Source of the DNA: Candidatus Aenigmatarchaeota archaeon
GTDB lineage: Archaea; Aenigmatarchaeota; Aenigmatarchaeia; GW2011-AR5; JAHLMP01
Assembly: GCA_039091735.1 (NCBI GenBank)
Contig: JAWCLB010000004.1
Span: 1 to 60,982, forward strand
DNA length: 60,982 nt
Direction: 5' to 3'
In this document: piece after piece, positions 58,784 to 60,982 of the stretch
How the letters are laid out: every line of letters starts with the position of its first letter
Numbering within the stretch: position 1 is the stretch's first letter
Program-made: the position numbers and the translations under genes
Notes under the pieces: model-generated
What the model saw: the letters and a program-made list of their open reading frames with translations, nothing else
Database searches by the model: none
Told to the model about the DNA's origin: nothing

Positions 58784-58976
58784 GCCTTTGCAATGGGCTT
58801 TCTGTTTCATAGTTCAATTGTTGTAGTGAAACTCAAGCCTCCCTGTTATCCTTATTACGAGCAAGTCAGGGGTTAGCACAAGTGTTTCTAAATGTATATT
58901 CAGGCAGTTCCTGCCTATAATAATATATGAAAGAATATAAAGTTATCACCTTCCCTCAGTACAAAGGGCTTCTTGG
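58769..58976 (-). mobile_element. IS200/IS605-derived miniature element (PATE-like), copy 2, overlapping the dph2 stop
   Basis: Minus strand starts CCAAGAAGCCC and ends GTAGTTCAC; shares AACTCAAGCCTC..TTATCCT.ATTACGAG..GGTTAGCACA with copy 1. Confidence 0.65.
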
Positions 58977-59020
58977 CGACGAACTTAAATATAAATATTT
59001 AAAAAGAGAAGATAATCAAG

Positions 59021-59272
59021 ATGATAAATATCATAAAAGACGAGAATGAAAAGATGATAATAGAGAGCGATGACCTAACTGCAATAAGCTTGATAAATGA
59101 ATATCTTTGGCATGTCAAAGGGGTAAGGTTTGCTGGTTTCGCAAGAGAGCATCCATTTTTGACAAAACCTAAGCTCGTAATCAATGCTGTCAATCCTAGG
59201 TTGGCAATAAATAGTGCCATAAAAAAAATACTTAAAGACATAGACGACTTGAAAGAGCAACTAAAGAAATAA
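59021..59272 (+). CDS. rpoL: RNA polymerase subunit L (Rpo11)
   Basis: GVRFAGFAREHPFL..PKL; size and fold pattern of Rpo11. Confidence 0.8.
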   Translation: MINIIKDENEKMIIESDDLTAISLINEYLWHVKGVRFAGFAREHPFLTKPKLVINAVNPRLAINSAIKKILKDIDDLKEQLKK

Positions 59273-59275
59273 AAG

Positions 59276-60205
59276 TTATGAGCCAATGGCACTGATAAAT
59301 TTTTTTATCTCTTCTTTGATTTCATCTTTATGTGACAAGATGAAATTGTATGCCTTCTCTGTCTTTATTCCTGCATATTCCATAGCCTCCTCTTTCTGAA
59401 GGCCTGCATCTAGTGCATCTAACAAGTCCATTGCTTTCGCATAGCTTATGTCTCCCTCAGGATATCCAAACTTTTTGAAACATCTCTTTCTCCTGAACTT
59501 TGCTCTTCTGTTTAATGTCATCCGATTACACCTAATCCCATAAACATTTTCCAAGATTTTGCTTATGTCAGAAAAAGATAGTCTTGTATCGATATTTAAA
59601 GCCCTATTAATAATCTCGAGTTCATCGTTTCTAATTCTTTTTCTTTCTGCTTTTTTATTTTTATAATATAGAGGCTCTTCTTTTACTTTCTTTAAAATCC
59701 TGCTCGCGGTTGATATAGAAATTTCAAAGGGTTCACTAAGCATTTTCAATGACATTCTTTTTCCAGCCCCTTTCGCGCTATAATATCGTTCAAAGAAGTC
59801 TATTAGAGATGAAAGAGATATTGTCCTGCTAAACTTATAATAATATTCAGATGCCTTCTGAAAAGCAATATCAGACCTTTTCAAAGCTACAAGATAAATT
59901 GTTTCTGCAAGCCTTCTCATCATCTCCCTCCTCTTTTCAGCTCGTTTTGTCCTTTCTCTCTTCCACTTTTCATGCAGACCCTTTTCTTTCAGAACCTGTC
60001 TCATCCTTTCTCTGGTCTTTCCATAATATCTTCCCATCTCACCAAGCGTTGGTGCATATTCAATGAGTAATTCAAGCCCCTCATACTTATCTTTTTTACG
60101 CGGATTTCTGAATCTCACCACCAAAAATTCAGGCGATTCTAGTCCTTTGTAGCTCTGATCAATATCGATAGAGCCTTCTTGGGATAGTTCTGAATAGCTC
60201 AGCAT
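59276..60205 (-). CDS. Multi-HTH DNA-binding protein with sigma70 region-4-like motif
   Basis: TLGEMGRYYGKTRERMRQVL, plus further HTH-like segments SLKMLSEPFEISISTASRIL and SFSDISKIL. Confidence 0.7.
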   Translation of the reverse strand: MLSYSELSQEGSIDIDQSYKGLESPEFLVVRFRNPRKKDKYEGLELLIEYAPTLGEMGRYYGKTRERMRQVLKEKGLHEKWKRERTKRAEKRREMMRRLAETIYLVALKRSDIAFQKASEYYYKFSRTISLSSLIDFFERYYSAKGAGKRMSLKMLSEPFEISISTASRILKKVKEEPLYYKNKKAERKRIRNDELEIINRALNIDTRLSFSDISKILENVYGIRCNRMTLNRRAKFRRKRCFKKFGYPEGDISYAKAMDLLDALDAGLQKEEAMEYAGIKTEKAYNFILSHKDEIKEEIKKFISAIGS

Positions 60206-60478
60206 ACTCTAATGGTATTTTAAGACTTTAAATATTTTACTTATTTGACAGTAATATATACTTGAAGATGAAATTATTATGAAACCATCTTATGTTGTAA
60301 ATAAAGTATTTATTAAGTCTAATCAAGCTGCAGGCTGGCCTCGATTTTTCTTCAGAAATAGAATTAGAAGCGATTTAATGATTTCAGTCTATTACTAGAA
60401 TTCGTATCCATTTACTATTCCTGCTTAAATTTTAATAGAGTAGGTATTATTATAAGGAAAACACCCTTCTAATCATAG

Positions 60479-60496
60479 TAAGACTTAAAAGTCTTA
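60479..60496. promoter_or_regulatory. Palindromic operator candidate TAAGACTT-AA-AAGTCTTA
   Basis: Perfect 8-bp arms upstream of ORF 60522; identical half-site at 60221-60228 upstream of the divergent HTH gene. Confidence 0.5.
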
Positions 60497-60521
60497 AGTT
60501 TATTATTAATAAGTGATAGAG

Positions 60522-60982
60522 ATGTACGAAGATTTTATTCGCAAGAATTCTAGAAATGGAGAATATGATAGAGAAAAGGGAGAGAATAGTTTGTTATCTA
60601 GTCTAACACCTGAGCCTAAGGCAACGTCTCTATTATTTATGGAAGATGGCAAATGGTATTCTACACCTCATGAGCTTTATAATGATATTCTATATGGGCT
60701 TGAAAGAGTTGGGGCAGGAGAGGAATTTCCTGTAACACCTGCTACCATTCGGAGTTATTACGAATCTACATGCAATGGAGAAAGGGTTCGTGGATCTTTG
60801 GTTAATACAGGCATTGCAGATCAAATATCTATTAGGGGATTGGGCAAAGAGGATTATGCTTATAGAATCTCAGATGCAGGTATTGAGCTAGCAAGGCCAT
60901 TGATTTTAAAGGCAACTGAGTTTGTTCACAAGGCAAGAAGAAGCAATATTCCACACAGATACGATTCGATGTGGAGAATATT
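60522..60982 (+). CDS. Partial hypothetical protein, possibly winged-helix (runs off the window)
   Basis: Open frame from ATG after GTGA: MYEDFIRK...GSLVNTGIA...YAYRISDAG. Confidence 0.7.
   Translation, partial: MYEDFIRKNSRNGEYDREKGENSLLSSLTPEPKATSLLFMEDGKWYSTPHELYNDILYGLERVGAGEEFPVTPATIRSYYESTCNGERVRGSLVNTGIADQISIRGLGKEDYAYRISDAGIELARPLILKATEFVHKARRSNIPHRYDSMWRI

Noticed and set aside
1-60982. CRISPR array, rRNA, stop-codon reassignment, and the many antisense ORFs in the track
   Set aside because: No regularly spaced repeats or rRNA-like tracts; conserved genes end normally at TAA, TAG or TGA; the antisense ORFs shadow well-supported genes.

Overview
AT-rich archaeal chromosomal segment. 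Archaeal ribosomal and RNAP genes, CarS, aRF1, Cbf5, Dph2 and GGTGA/GGAGG ribosome-binding sites are visible. The compact proteins, intron-rich tRNAs and KG/KA-type pilin-like genes point to a DPANN lineage, possibly Aenigmarchaeota (inference). Most of the window is housekeeping: S13-S4-S11-RpoD, ProRS, DnaG, RecJ-like, L7Ae-S28e-L24e, PGK, two ABC systems, hsp20-grpE-dnaK-dnaJ, AhcY, AsnRS, tmk-adk-adk, Lhr-MPE, Sm-L37e, Dph2 and RpoL. Stand-out observations: (1) a cluster of eight pilin-like or membrane-anchored genes (733-5101), four with class III signal peptides, whose largest product ends in an RlpA-like double-psi beta-barrel domain, a candidate surface-displayed glycan or peptidoglycan lytic enzyme; (2) a two-intron tRNA-Pro whose spliced anticodon reads AGG (A34), which archaea normally lack; (3) all three tRNAs carry only non-canonical BHB introns (Ser-TGA has three), and each has a transposon derivative just upstream; (4) an IS1595/ISH4-type unit with an 8-bp target duplication carrying a DUF62 gene; (5) two IS200/IS605-derived miniature elements, one supplying the end of dph2; (6) a structured dnaG leader with a uORF, a serpin out of frame at an A8 tract, and an oxidative-stress insertion with a dead Xer-like integrase between dnaK and dnaJ. 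All family assignments come from motif recognition, not from database searches.
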